A stretch of DNA of 64,000 nucleotides, from NCBI GenBank assembly GCA_041658705.1, contig JBAZZT010000004.1, forward strand, positions 30,758 through 94,757. Direction: 5' to 3'. The notes beneath the pieces were generated by a model. It made no database searches. It saw only the letters and a list, made by a program, of their open reading frames with translations, and was not told where the DNA came from. The stretch comes from Patescibacteria group bacterium (GTDB taxonomy: Bacteria > Patescibacteriota > Patescibacteriia > 2-12-FULL-60-25). Each line of letters starts with the position of its first letter. Position 1 is the stretch's first letter. A program made the translations under genes and the position numbers. This document shows positions 48,327 through 57,349 of the stretch, in pieces.

Positions 48327-48851
48327 TTAATTTCGGCAAGTGAATACGAAAGCCGGCGGTAGGTTCTTGAAAGTGAGATTGACTTCGACTCGAGGGAAGA
48401 TGTCTTTCAATTCATGCAGCGTGTGGCGTGAATATTGGAACATGATGAAACTGCCGTCGGGTTCTAAATGGTCGCGGATCAAAGTGAAGACGCGCTGGCG
48501 TTTTTCCTCGTGCATGACGGCAAAGGGGATACCGGAGAGGATCGCGTCGAAGGTCCGCGTGTCGCGTTCCAGGATGTCCGCCGCGTCGCCGCGCAAAAGT
48601 TCGCAGTCGGGGAATTTTTTGGCGCAGATGTCGGCCAGCTCCGGATCGCGTTCGAGCAGGGTCAATTTTTCCGCTGCGCCGATCTGCTCAAGGATGCGCC
48701 GTGTGATTGCGCCTTCACCCGGACCAAGCTCCAGTATGCGCATGCCAGGCTTGAGTTCGCGTACCATGAGGCGCGCCAGAAAACGCGAACTCGGCGCGAT
48801 TGAGCCGATACGCGCCGGGTGCCGGATGAGCTTCTTGAGCCACCAAAGCAT
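48327..48851 (-). CDS. Class I SAM-dependent methyltransferase
   Basis: SAM motif I ILELGPGEGAITRRIL preceded by IAPSSRFLA. Confidence 0.8.
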   Translation of the reverse strand: MLWWLKKLIRHPARIGSIAPSSRFLARLMVRELKPGMRILELGPGEGAITRRILEQIGAAEKLTLLERDPELADICAKKFPDCELLRGDAADILERDTRTFDAILSGIPFAVMHEEKRQRVFTLIRDHLEPDGSFIMFQYSRHTLHELKDIFPRVEVNLTFKNLPPAFVFTCRN

Positions 48852-48899
48852 ATTTAGCGCAGGATAAGCTAAAATTAGAAAGATGACAAAGTATAGACA

Positions 48900-48954
48900 G
48901 GTGCTAGGTACTAGGTTCTGGGTTCAGAACCTAGTACCTAGCACCTAGAACCTG
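48900..48954. repeat. Word hairpin (CTAGGT words)
   Basis: ggtgctaggtactaggttctgggttc a gaacctagtacctagcacc. Confidence 0.8.
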
Positions 48955-49044
48955 AATCAGGTTTCCGTGATTCGTATTTCGCGGCTTCCGTGTTAAGGTC
49001 TTGACGCCAAAGCACAATCTTTGGCATATTTAAACCGCTCCGCT

Positions 49045-49071
49045 TTAGCACTCAAAGGCTTCGAATGCTAT
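49045..49071. promoter_or_regulatory. CIRCE-like operator upstream of groES
   Basis: ttagcactc-aaaggcttc-gaatgctat. The left arm is perfect and the right arm matches GAGTGCTAA at 7/9 positions. TTGACG lies at 49001. Confidence 0.6.
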
Positions 49072-49126
49072 TCCGAGCTGTTTATATCACTAAAATAACG
49101 CATTCTTTAATCTTTTTACGCCATCT

Positions 49127-49420
49127 ATGAAACTACGTCCGCTGGGTGACAGGGTGATCGTCAAAGCCCTACCCAAAGAAGAAGTGACCAAGACCGGGAT
49201 TATCCTGCCGGAAACGGTCGATAAGGAACGTCCGGAACAGGGTGAGGTCATCGCCGTGGGTCCGGGTCGTCTTTTGGATTCAGGTTCGCGCGCCGCGATG
49301 AACCTCAAAGTCGGCGACAAAGTCGTGTTCAAGAAATATTCGCCGGATGAGGTCAAGATCGAGGAAGTCGATTATCTCGTCATCGCCGAGTCCGACGTGA
49401 TGGCAGTGATAGAAAATTAA
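49127..49420 (+). CDS. groES: Co-chaperonin GroES
   Basis: MKLRPLGDRVIVK..GEVIAVGPG. Confidence 0.96.
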   Translation: MKLRPLGDRVIVKALPKEEVTKTGIILPETVDKERPEQGEVIAVGPGRLLDSGSRAAMNLKVGDKVVFKKYSPDEVKIEEVDYLVIAESDVMAVIEN

Positions 49421-49491
49421 AAATGCCAAATGCCAAATGACGAATTGAGAGGATATGACATTTGGCATTCGTAATTTGTAATTCGTAATTG
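49420..49491. repeat. Word hairpin (GCCAAAT/ATTACAAAT words) between groES and groEL
   Basis: aaaatgccaaatgccaaatgacgaattg .. catttggcattcgtaatttgtaattcgtaattg. Ends 8 nt before the groEL ATG. Confidence 0.8.
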
Positions 49492-49499
49492 AATGAACT

Positions 49500-51113
49500 A
49501 TGTCCAAGCAAATCATTTTCGACGAGAAAGCTCGGCAGGCCATGCGGCGGGGAGTGGATCAGTTGGCCAATGCGGTCAAGGTCACGCTCGGTCCCCGGGG
49601 CCGCAACGTGGTCATAGATAAAGGTTACGGCGCGCCCACCATCACCAAAGACGGCGTGACCGTGGCCAAGGAAATCGAGCTCGAAGACAAATTCGAGAAT
49701 ATCGGCGCGGAGTTGGTCAAAGAAGTCGCGTCCAAGACCAACGATGTGGCCGGCGACGGCACCACCACCGCGACCGTTTTGGCCCAAGCCATGATCGCGG
49801 AGGGCTTGAAGAACATCACCGCCGGCGCCAACCCGCTGGCGGTCAAACGCGGCATCGAAAAAGGCGTGGAAGCCATCGTGGAAGAATTGAAGAAGATCTC
49901 CAAGCCGGTGCAAGGCGGCGAAATCGAACAGGTCGCGTCCATCTCGGCCAACGACGCCGAGATCGGCAAGAAGATCGCTGACGCCATGAAGGAAATCGGC
50001 ACCGACGGCGTGATCACGGTCGAGGAAGGCCAGACTTTCGGCATCGAGACCGAGGTGGTCAAGGGCATGCGCATCGACAAGGGTTACAGCACGCCTTACA
50101 TGGTGACCAACCCGGAGCGCTTGGAAGCTGAATACAACGATCCGTACATCCTGATCACCGACAAAAAAATCTCATCCATCCAAGATATCTTGCCCACGCT
50201 GGAGAAGGTGGTGCAGACCGGCAAAAAGGAAATCGTCATCGTGTGCGATGACATCGACGGCGAGGCTTTGACCACGCTCATCGTCAACAAGCTGCGCGGT
50301 ACGTTCAACGCGCTGGCGGTCAAGGCGCCGGGTTTCGGCGACCGCCGCAAAGACCTGCTTCAGGACATCGCCGCCGTGACCGGCGCGACCGTCATCACCG
50401 AGGATCTGGGCCGCAAGCTTGATTCGGCCACGCTCGAGGACTTGGGCAGCGCGCACAAAGTCGTGTCCGCCAAGGATCATACGACTTTCGTCGGCGGCAA
50501 AGGCGATGAAGAAAAAATCAAAGCGCGCGTCGCGCAGATCCGCAAAGCGCTCGAGACCACGGAATCGGAGTTCGACCGCGAGAAGTTGCAGGAACGGCTG
50601 GCTAAGCTGGCCGGTGGCGTGTGCGTGATCAAAGTCGGCGCCGCGACCGAAGTCGAGATGAAAGAGAAAAAACATCGCATCGAGGACGCAGTCTCGGCCA
50701 CCAAGGCCGCGGTCGAAGAGGGTATCGTGCCGGGCGGCGGAGTCGCGCTCTTGCGCACCCAAAGCGCACTCGACCTGGTAAAAGTCGAGGGCGAAGAAGC
50801 GATCGGCTTGGCTATCCTGCGCAAAGCCATCGAGGAACCGATCCGCGCCATCGCGGAGAACGCGGGCAAAGAAGGTTCGGTCGTGGTGGAAGAAGTGAAG
50901 AAGCGCAAAGGCAGCGAAGGTTACAACGCGCTCACCGACACCTACGAAGATCTGCTCAAAGCCGGCATCGTGGATCCGACCAAAGTCACGCGTTATGCCT
51001 TACAGAACGCCGCCTCGGTCGCAGCCATGTTCCTGACCACCGAGTGCGTGATCACCGACAAACCTAAAAAAGAAGAACCCGCCGCACCCGGCATGGGCGG
51101 GATGGATTACTAA
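49500..51113 (+). CDS. groEL: Chaperonin GroEL
   Basis: 537 aa. [12 protein letters not shown] and the C-terminal GMGGMDY. Confidence 0.98.
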   Translation: MSKQIIFDEKARQAMRRGVDQLANAVKVTLGPRGRNVVIDKGYGAPTITKDGVTVAKEIELEDKFENIGAELVKEVASKTNDVAGDGTTTATVLAQAMIAEGLKNITAGANPLAVKRGIEKGVEAIVEELKKISKPVQGGEIEQVASISANDAEIGKKIADAMKEIGTDGVITVEEGQTFGIETEVVKGMRIDKGYSTPYMVTNPERLEAEYNDPYILITDKKISSIQDILPTLEKVVQTGKKEIVIVCDDIDGEALTTLIVNKLRGTFNALAVKAPGFGDRRKDLLQDIAAVTGATVITEDLGRKLDSATLEDLGSAHKVVSAKDHTTFVGGKGDEEKIKARVAQIRKALETTESEFDREKLQERLAKLAGGVCVIKVGAATEVEMKEKKHRIEDAVSATKAAVEEGIVPGGGVALLRTQSALDLVKVEGEEAIGLAILRKAIEEPIRAIAENAGKEGSVVVEEVKKRKGSEGYNALTDTYEDLLKAGIVDPTKVTRYALQNAASVAAMFLTTECVITDKPKKEEPAAPGMGGMDY

Positions 51114-51114
51114 A

Positions 51115-51207
51115 CTAGAGGGTAGCTTGTAGACGGTAGCCAATGTAGGGGCGCATGCCATGCGCCCAGACGGTAGCCAAAATGTAGGGGCGCGGTTTCC
51201 GCGCCCT
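51115..51207. repeat. Composite REP cluster near-identical to the one after rpoC
   Basis: agacggtagccaatgtaggggcgcatgccatgcgcccagacggtagccaaaatgtaggggcgcggtttccgcgccc. Confidence 0.85.
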
Positions 51208-51262
51208 TTTGGTAATAGGAAAAATGCTGTTATGCTTCTGGAGGCTTGGATAGGAGGATGTC

Positions 51263-51721
51263 ATGGGACAAGCGTTGTTGCTCATTTTGATTTTTCTGGC
51301 CTGGTTCGCGGCCTTTTATCTGTTTGCAGCGAGTCTCTTCTTCTTGCGCGGCGAGAGGTGGCGTTGGCCCTGGCGTCGAATGCCTGGATTCGTGACCAGC
51401 GCTCTGCTCGTTTCGGTTCTTCTGCTGACCGTGAAACTCATTCAGGTGCTCGGAAAGTGGGGGCTGTTGGCGCCCCTGCTCATGGTGACGGGAGTTGCCG
51501 TAGGTTTTTTCGCCGTTTACTTTTCGGGGCCGCTGCTGCGACGGATGAGGTTGCCGTCAAAGCTCGTATCAAAGGGCTCGGAACCTTACCGCTCGCAGCG
51601 CGTAAGGATCGTCTGGGCCGAAACCGTTACGGAAAGAATCCACGTTTTTCTGTGGGACTCCTTCATCCACGAGCCGCCAGCGCTCGAAGACCCAGTCGCT
51701 TCAAGCGCGACCAAAACTTGA
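51263..51721 (+). CDS. Hypothetical polytopic membrane protein (152 aa), paralog 1
   Basis: About 4 TM segments. The tail ..GSEPYRSQR..SSATKT parallels the next gene. Confidence 0.55.
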   Translation: MGQALLLILIFLAWFAAFYLFAASLFFLRGERWRWPWRRMPGFVTSALLVSVLLLTVKLIQVLGKWGLLAPLLMVTGVAVGFFAVYFSGPLLRRMRLPSKLVSKGSEPYRSQRVRIVWAETVTERIHVFLWDSFIHEPPALEDPVASSATKT

Positions 51722-51727
51722 ACTCGG

Positions 51728-51756
51728 ACGGCGCACGCTCGCGCCGTTCTTTTCTT
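51728..51756 (+). terminator. Rho-independent terminator
   Basis: acggcgc acgctc gcgccgt followed by tcttttctt. Confidence 0.65.
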
Positions 51757-51787
51757 ACTCGCGAAATCTTGACCGCAGAGGAAATTA

Positions 51788-52267
51788 ATGCTAATTGATA
51801 CGCAGGAGGGAGTCATGCTGGAGAACCTTTTATGTGCTCTGTTTTTTTCTCTTCCTATTGTTTGGTGGTTTCTGTATATGGGCCCCCTGCAGGAAGCGGA
51901 GTATCGGGGGAAGAGAAATCTAGCGTGGAAGATCATTTGGGGTTTGCGAAATTGGGTGGGGAACCTAGCTACCTTTTGCGCATTCATCTTCGCCAGCCTA
52001 TGGGTTGGCAGCGTCTACAGGGGCGTCATCTACGCTGTACTCTGCGGCTGGTGCATAGGCATGTTCGTCAGCAGCCTCGTGGTATTTATTCTGCGGGAAG
52101 TTAAGATCCCTACAGAATTATCGCCCGACCTCGGCCCCTACCGCTCACTCTTGAAAGCCTTGCCTCACGCGTTTCCCAAGACGCTCCCGCGAAAGTTTTA
52201 CGTCTTCCTGTTGAACTTCTACAGATCTGGCTGGGACGACTCCGCTTCTTCAACGGAGAAAACCTGA
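51788..52267 (+). CDS. Hypothetical polytopic membrane protein (159 aa), paralog 2
   Basis: Same architecture as paralog 1, with tail ..LGPYRSLL..SSTEKT. The start may instead be ATG 51815. Confidence 0.55.
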   Translation: MLIDTQEGVMLENLLCALFFSLPIVWWFLYMGPLQEAEYRGKRNLAWKIIWGLRNWVGNLATFCAFIFASLWVGSVYRGVIYAVLCGWCIGMFVSSLVVFILREVKIPTELSPDLGPYRSLLKALPHAFPKTLPRKFYVFLLNFYRSGWDDSASSTEKT

Positions 52268-52272
52268 CCCGG

Positions 52273-52298
52273 ACGGCGCATACTCGCGCCGTTCTTTC
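52273..52298 (+). terminator. Rho-independent terminator, near-copy of 51728..51756
   Basis: acggcgc atactc gcgccgt followed by tctttc. Confidence 0.6.
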
Positions 52299-52368
52299 AT
52301 ATCAAACAAAAAACGTGACCTTCTCGTCGCGAGATGGTATCCTGTGGCGCATAACAATAAATACTTAT

Positions 52369-52686
52369 ATGGCAAAAATCGTTTTCGACAAAAAAGACAT
52401 CGAAGAGAACAAAGTCGTGGCCGCGTTGAGTTACGTCTGGATTTTGTTCCTCGTTCCGCTGTTGGCTAAGCGGGATTCCAAATACGCGCAAGAACATGCC
52501 AAGCAGGGTTTGATTTTGTTCATCGTCTGGATCGTGGGTTCGCTCGTGTTTTGGTTTCCGCTCATCGGTTGGGCTTTGGCCATCATCGTGCTCGTGCTGA
52601 ATGTCCTAGCCTTCATCAAATGCCTGCAAGGCGAGTTTTGGGAAATTCCGGTCATCGGCCAGTATCGCAGCAAATTCAATCTTTGA
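52369..52686 (+). CDS. DUF4870-like small membrane protein
   Basis: VVAALSYVWILFLVPLLAKRDSKYAQEHAKQGLILF pattern. ATG 52369 is used. Confidence 0.7.
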   Translation: MAKIVFDKKDIEENKVVAALSYVWILFLVPLLAKRDSKYAQEHAKQGLILFIVWIVGSLVFWFPLIGWALAIIVLVLNVLAFIKCLQGEFWEIPVIGQYRSKFNL

Positions 52687-52742
52687 CCGCCGTTCAGTTT
52701 GCCAGTTGACCGCGCCCCGAGGTAATATCGGGGCGTTGCCGT

Positions 52743-53873
52743 ATGAATCAAGAATTCCAAACGCGCCTCGACGCCTTGCGCGCCAAGCTAGACGAAGCTT
52801 GGCGGGTTTTGGAGATGGATGCGCGGCGCGAGGAAATCGCGGCGCTTGAGGTCGTGACGTCGGCGCCGGATTTTTGGAGCAACCAGGAACGCGCACGTCG
52901 CGAATCGCAGAAGCTCGCCGATCTTAAAAAAGATTTCGACGCTTGGTCGGCGCTGCGCAACGAAGTCATGGAACTGCAGGAACTCTTGGAATTGGCCGAC
53001 GCGGAAAAAGACGACTCATTGACCAAAGACGGTTTGGGCAAGATGGACGAGCTGGAAAAACGCTACGCCGACATGGAATTTTCCATGCTTTTGGGCGGAG
53101 CGCATGACGCCTCGAACGTCGTGCTTACGATCCACGCCGGCGCCGGCGGCACGGATGCGCAGGATTGGGCCGAGATGCTGATGCGCATGTATTTCCGTTA
53201 TGCCGAGAAGAAAGGTTGGAAGGTGAAGCTGGCCGACGAATCGCGCGGCACCGAAGCGGGCATCAAATCCGCGACGTTCTTCGTCGAAGGCCGCTTTGCT
53301 TACGGCTATCTCAAAGGTGAAGCCGGCGTGCATCGCTTGGTCAGGCTCTCGCCCTTCAACGCCGACAGCTTGCGCCAGACGTCATTTGCCCTGGTCGAAG
53401 TCATTCCGGAGGTCGATGAAGATGTCGATATCGAGATCAAACCCGAGGATTTGCGCATCGACACCTTCACTTCGGGCGGCAAAGGCGGGCAATCGGTGAA
53501 CACGACTTATTCGGCCGTGCGCATCGTCCATCTGCCGACCAATATCATCGTCACCTGCCAAAACGAACGCTCGCAGACCCAAAACCGCGAGACAGCCATG
53601 AAAGTCTTGAAGTCGCGCTTGCTATTGCTGAAAGAAGAAGAACTTCAGAAAGAGAAAAAGGAACTCCGCGGCGAATACCACAGCGCGGAGTGGGGGAGTC
53701 AGATCCGTTCATACGTCTTGCATCCCTACCACATGGTCAAAGACCTGCGCACCGGCGTCGAGACTTCGGACACGGACGCGGTGTTGAACGGCGAACTGGA
53801 CATGTTCGTCGAAGCCGAACTGCGCCAAGGCATCAAACCCGGAGATTTCAGGGAAGAGTTGAATAAGGAGTAA
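52743..53873 (+). CDS. prfB: Peptide chain release factor 2, encoded in a single frame
   Basis: SPF motif (RLSPFNA) and GGQ motif (SGGKGGQSVNTT). The N-terminal region is contiguous with no programmed +1 frameshift site. Confidence 0.95.
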   Translation: MNQEFQTRLDALRAKLDEAWRVLEMDARREEIAALEVVTSAPDFWSNQERARRESQKLADLKKDFDAWSALRNEVMELQELLELADAEKDDSLTKDGLGKMDELEKRYADMEFSMLLGGAHDASNVVLTIHAGAGGTDAQDWAEMLMRMYFRYAEKKGWKVKLADESRGTEAGIKSATFFVEGRFAYGYLKGEAGVHRLVRLSPFNADSLRQTSFALVEVIPEVDEDVDIEIKPEDLRIDTFTSGGKGGQSVNTTYSAVRIVHLPTNIIVTCQNERSQTQNRETAMKVLKSRLLLLKEEELQKEKKELRGEYHSAEWGSQIRSYVLHPYHMVKDLRTGVETSDTDAVLNGELDMFVEAELRQGIKPGDFREELNKE

Positions 53874-53875
53874 CG

Positions 53876-53908
53876 AAAAAGCGTCCCGGTGGCCACCGGG
53901 ACGCTTTT
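53876..53908. terminator. Bidirectional terminator (perfect 24-bp palindrome flanked by A- and T-runs)
   Basis: aaaaa gcgtcccggtgg|ccaccgggacgc tttt. Confidence 0.75.
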
Positions 53909-53928
53909 GAGACTGGAGTCGAGAGAGG

Positions 53929-54330
53929 TCAGCGCTCAAGTCGGATGAATATGCCGAACGGCGGTATCCATCTGTAACCATGCTCGCGGGTTCCGCTGAT
54001 AAACAGATGAAGGCCCTCGTCTTGGCAGAAGTCAAAGAGCATAAGGGCGGCACCTTTGAGTTCGTCGCGCGTCGGAAAGAAGTTGCCTTTCCCGGCCGGC
54101 CATTCCATATACCGGAAGTCTCCGACGTCGATTACTAAGCCTCCACGATCGACGGTATTTTCGATGTAGGCCGGGATTTTGGCGATTATTTCCTCGGCCC
54201 AGGCCCGTCGTTCGGCGTCGAGCCCTTCGGTTCGATCCACCCGTTTTTCGGGGTGCCGTTCCCCGAGTCTTTTTCTCCATTCGCTTGCAAGGGACATGGC
54301 TGACGTTCCTTTCTCAGCAAGGTTTACCAA
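53929..54330 (-). CDS. Hypothetical protein (133 aa; start may be ATG 54297)
   Basis: ORF lies between the bidirectional terminator and the epimerase promoter region. No family recognised. Confidence 0.5.
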   Translation of the reverse strand: MVNLAEKGTSAMSLASEWRKRLGERHPEKRVDRTEGLDAERRAWAEEIIAKIPAYIENTVDRGGLVIDVGDFRYMEWPAGKGNFFPTRDELKGAALMLFDFCQDEGLHLFISGTREHGYRWIPPFGIFIRLER

Positions 54331-54406
54331 GTCCTATCTTTGTGGTCAAGCCGTTGACATGAGCTACTTTTTGAATACGTTTCAATCTAGGCTACACTGT
54401 CGGCAT

Positions 54407-55333
54407 ATGAAAACAGCCATCGTGACCGGCGGAGCGGGGTTCATCGGTTCGCATCTGGTCGACGCTTTGGTCGAGCGAAAGTTCAAAGTCGTCGTGCTCG
54501 ATGACTTGTCGACCGGGTTCAGGAAAAACATCAATCCAAAAGCGACTTTCAAAAAACTTGATATCCGGGGACCGGCCGCAGCCGCGCTCATAAAAAAACT
54601 CAAGCCCGCGGTCGTCTTCCATCTGGCGGCGCAGGCCAGCATCCCGGTTTCGGTCAAAGATCCGGTCATGGATGCCGAGACGAATGTCATGGCTACTTTG
54701 CGGCTCTTGGAAGCTTCAGCCCAAGCCAAAGTCAAACGCTTCATCTTCGCGAGCACAGGCGGCGCTTTATCCTCGGAGCAGACCATCTTGCCCACCGACG
54801 AAAAACACGCGGCGGCTCCGCAATCGCCTTATGCCATCGCCAAAGTCGCGAGCGAATATTACGGCGCTTTCTATCGAGCGGCACGCGGATTGCCTTTCAC
54901 GTCTTTCCGTTTCGCCAACGTCTATGGCCCGCGCCAGAATCCGCACGGTGAGGCTGGCGTGGTGGCGATTTTTTGCAAACGCATGTTGGCGGACGAAACG
55001 CTCAAGCTAAACGGCACAGGCGAGCAGACGCGGGATTACGTCTTCGTGGGCGACGTGGTGGCGGCGCTGATGGCGGGCCTGGACAAGCCCGAAGCCCCCG
55101 GACCGTATCATGTGGGAACGGGAATCGAGACTTCGGTCAAGCGGATCTTCGCCCTGTTGAGCAAGTTCAGTGCCTACGAAAAAAAGCCGCTCAAGGGTCC
55201 GGCTGATATCGGAGCGCCATTGCGCAGCGCCCTCGACTCATCCAAACTGCGGCATGACATGGGTTGGAGACCTAAGATGGTTTTTGAACAAGGTTTGAAT
55301 ATAACTTTAGATTGGTTCAGGACGCAAGTCTAA
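54407..55333 (+). CDS. NAD-dependent epimerase/dehydratase (UDP-glucose 4-epimerase-like)
   Basis: Rossmann motif TGGAGFIGSHL at the N-terminus and the YxxxK motif (YAIAKVASE). ATG 54407 is used instead of 54179. Confidence 0.88.
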   Translation: MKTAIVTGGAGFIGSHLVDALVERKFKVVVLDDLSTGFRKNINPKATFKKLDIRGPAAAALIKKLKPAVVFHLAAQASIPVSVKDPVMDAETNVMATLRLLEASAQAKVKRFIFASTGGALSSEQTILPTDEKHAAAPQSPYAIAKVASEYYGAFYRAARGLPFTSFRFANVYGPRQNPHGEAGVVAIFCKRMLADETLKLNGTGEQTRDYVFVGDVVAALMAGLDKPEAPGPYHVGTGIETSVKRIFALLSKFSAYEKKPLKGPADIGAPLRSALDSSKLRHDMGWRPKMVFEQGLNITLDWFRTQV

Positions 55334-55442
55334 AGATGATTGATGTCGCGTCATCCACACGCAGGTCATTTTTAGATTCGCTTGACGCTGCGGAAGCCAG
55401 GACGTATAACCCAGGCGTACATTTCTAGCCAGGGAGGCCGTC

Positions 55443-56069
55443 ATGGGCAGCGTTTTCGTTTCCGCTCATCCGCTAGTCAGGTGCAAGCTGACCCAATTGC
55501 GCGTCATCGAGACTGCGCCGAAAAAGTTCCGCGAGCTGGTCGGCGAACTCGCCATGCTGTTGGCCTACGAGGCTTGCGACGATCTGGAACTAGCCGACTA
55601 CAAAGTGCTGACGCCGCTCGCCGCGGCTAAAGGCTGGATGCTCAAGGACAAGATCGGCCTTGTGCCCATCCTGCGCGCCGGGCTCGGCATGGTGGAAGGC
55701 ATCCATCAGATGATGCCCAACGCGCAAGTCTGGCACATTGGGTTGTATCGCGACGAGAACACTTTGCGTCCCGTCGAGTACTACAACAAGCTGCCCGTCT
55801 CGCCGACGGTGGAGGTCTGCCTGGTGCTCGATCCCATGCTGGCGACCGGCGGTTCAGCCGTGGCGACAGTCGACATCCTGAAGAAATGGGGCGCCAAGCG
55901 CATCAAGTTCATCGGCCTCATCGCCGCGCCCGAAGGCGTGCAGCGGTTGAGCGAGGCTCATCCCGACGTACCCATCCACTTGGCGGCGTTGGACGAGAGA
56001 TTGAACGAACGCGGCTATATCCTGCCCGGCCTGGGCGACGCCGGCGACCGCCAATTCGGCACGGCCTGA
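55443..56069 (+). CDS. upp: Uracil phosphoribosyltransferase
   Basis: 208 aa. PRPP-binding motif [12 protein letters not shown] and the C-terminal [12 protein letters not shown]. Confidence 0.95.
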   Translation: MGSVFVSAHPLVRCKLTQLRVIETAPKKFRELVGELAMLLAYEACDDLELADYKVLTPLAAAKGWMLKDKIGLVPILRAGLGMVEGIHQMMPNAQVWHIGLYRDENTLRPVEYYNKLPVSPTVEVCLVLDPMLATGGSAVATVDILKKWGAKRIKFIGLIAAPEGVQRLSEAHPDVPIHLAALDERLNERGYILPGLGDAGDRQFGTA

Positions 56070-56076
56070 AAACTTT

Positions 56077-56110
56077 CCGGAACCCTGACCTCGGGGTTCC
56101 GGATTTTTTG
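56077..56110 (+). terminator. upp terminator
   Basis: ccggaaccc tgacctc ggggttccgg followed by attttttg. Confidence 0.75.
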
Positions 56111-56120
56111 AAAAATCGCG

Positions 56121-56160
56121 ATTTCCTCAATTCGTACCTATCGGACCATTTTGAGGAAAT
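56121..56160. other. Hairpin 1 of a twin pair: 10-bp stem with a conserved loop
   Basis: atttcctcaa [t tcgtacctatcggaccat t] ttgaggaaat. Confidence 0.8.
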
Positions 56161-56221
56161 GAATGATAATGGAAACACACTTCGATGTGGGTTTGGATGA
56201 ACGAATAAGCGGGTAAGACCA

Positions 56222-56261
56222 ATTGCCCCAAATCGTACCTATCGGACCATTTTGGGGCAAT
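56222..56261. other. Hairpin 2 of the twin pair: different 11-bp stem, identical 18-nt loop
   Basis: attgccccaaa [tcgtacctatcggaccat] tttggggcaat. Confidence 0.8.
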
Positions 56262-56307
56262 CGAGGATTTTTTGGACGCTCGCGCTTTCGCGTGGTTTAA
56301 TTGCCGC

Positions 56308-57135
56308 ATGACGCCGGGTGAAATAAAAAAAGTTTTGGGGGAGATCGGGGGAGCGCCGAACAAACGTTTAGGACAAAATTTTTTGATTGACGAAAAAGTC
56401 TTGGCTGACGTCGTGGCTGCGGCGCGCATCGACCCCGGCGACAAAGTGCTGGAGATCGGACCGGGTTTGGGCGTGTTGACCAAGGCGCTCGTCGCGCGCG
56501 GAGCCGAGGTCGTGGCCATCGAGCGGGATCGCAGGTTCGTGGAATATCTGCAACGCGCCGTATCTTCGAAGATTATCCAAGGCGATGCCACGGAGATCCA
56601 TTGGCATGAGATCATAGGCAACGGAGTGTGGAAATTCGTCTCGAATTTGCCTTACGCCATTACCTCGTTCGCTTTGCGTAAGGCGTTGTGGAATCCTAAC
56701 CCGCCGGAACTCTTGGTGGCGCTCGTGCAGCGCGAAGTGGCGGAAAGAGCCACGTCGCTCGCGAGCGACGTGGCAGGCCATCGAAAAAAAGGCAAGACCT
56801 CGCTATTGTCGCTCATGGTGGCGTTGGCGTCCGAAGAAGCGCGTGTCTTGCGTCTGGTGTCTGCCGATTGTTTTTATCCTGCACCCAAAGTCGAATCGGC
56901 CATCTTGTTCATAAAACCTATGCCATTGATAGCGCGCGAAAAAAAGTGGGGGATCGATCCGGAAAAAATCATGCAACTGGCGCGCCGCGGCTTTGCCCAT
57001 CCGAGGAAATTGTTGCGTTCAAACTTAGGGCTACCCTCTACCCTCTACCATCTACTCTCTAATCCCAATTCCCGCGCCGAAGATCTGTCGCCCGAAGCTT
57101 GGGCGTGCCTGGCGCGTGAGCTTAAGAGTTTTTGA
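56308..57135 (+). CDS. rsmA: 16S rRNA (adenine1518/1519-N6) dimethyltransferase RsmA/KsgA
   Basis: KRLGQNFLID, SAM motif LEIGPGLGVLT, and NLPY. ATG 56308 is used. Confidence 0.92.
   Translation: MTPGEIKKVLGEIGGAPNKRLGQNFLIDEKVLADVVAAARIDPGDKVLEIGPGLGVLTKALVARGAEVVAIERDRRFVEYLQRAVSSKIIQGDATEIHWHEIIGNGVWKFVSNLPYAITSFALRKALWNPNPPELLVALVQREVAERATSLASDVAGHRKKGKTSLLSLMVALASEEARVLRLVSADCFYPAPKVESAILFIKPMPLIAREKKWGIDPEKIMQLARRGFAHPRKLLRSNLGLPSTLYHLLSNPNSRAEDLSPEAWACLARELKSF
56748..56773. repeat. Perfect 26-bp palindrome inside the rsmA coding sequence
   Basis: gccacgtcgctcg|cgagcgacgtggc encodes ..ATSLASDVA.. The same gccacgtcg..cgacgtggc core occurs intergenically near 13064..13092. Confidence 0.85.
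57029..57060. repeat. CT-word repeat inside the 3' end of rsmA
   Basis: ggctaccctctaccctctaccatctactctct encodes ..GLPSTLYHLLS.. Confidence 0.75.
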
Positions 57136-57151
57136 TTTGTGCATCGTTTTT

Positions 57152-57260
57152 TTGTCATGGCGAGCGCATATACTGAATGCGCGCGGCAATCTCCGGATTC
57201 CAGAGATTGCTTCGTCGCGTTAAACGCGACTTCGTCGTTGCTACTCCTCGCAATGACAGG
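57152..57260. repeat. TTGTCATGGCGAGCGCATATAC..GCAATGACA inverted-repeat element
   Basis: The left arm matches 18516..18563. The internal gcaatctccgg and cgacgaagtcgcg words match 13090..13140. Confidence 0.75.
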
Positions 57261-57261
57261 G

Positions 57262-57317
57262 ATAAAAGAAAACCGGCCGAATGCGAGGGGAAGGAGTTCC
57301 TTCCTGCATTCGGCCGG
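57262..57317 (-). terminator. Strong rho-independent terminator of 57350..58360
   Basis: Minus strand: ccggccgaatgc .. gcattcggccgg (12-bp stem) followed by ttttctttta. Confidence 0.75.
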
Positions 57318-57349
57318 TGACCTGTTGAAGCGGTGCGGTTCCGCTTCTG

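Noticed and set aside
51160-51798. 212-aa ORF spanning the REP cluster and overlapping 51263..51721 in another frame.
   Set aside because: It starts inside REP palindromes, is Arg-rich, and conflicts with a clean four-TM ORF in the alternative frame.
52743-53873. Programmed +1 frameshift in prfB, or an alternative genetic code with UGA reassigned as in some CPR lineages.
   Set aside because: RF2 is encoded in one continuous frame with intact SPF and GGQ motifs. Many well-conserved genes here (smc, hsp20, the paralogs and others) end at TGA at the expected position. The standard code 11 is therefore supported.
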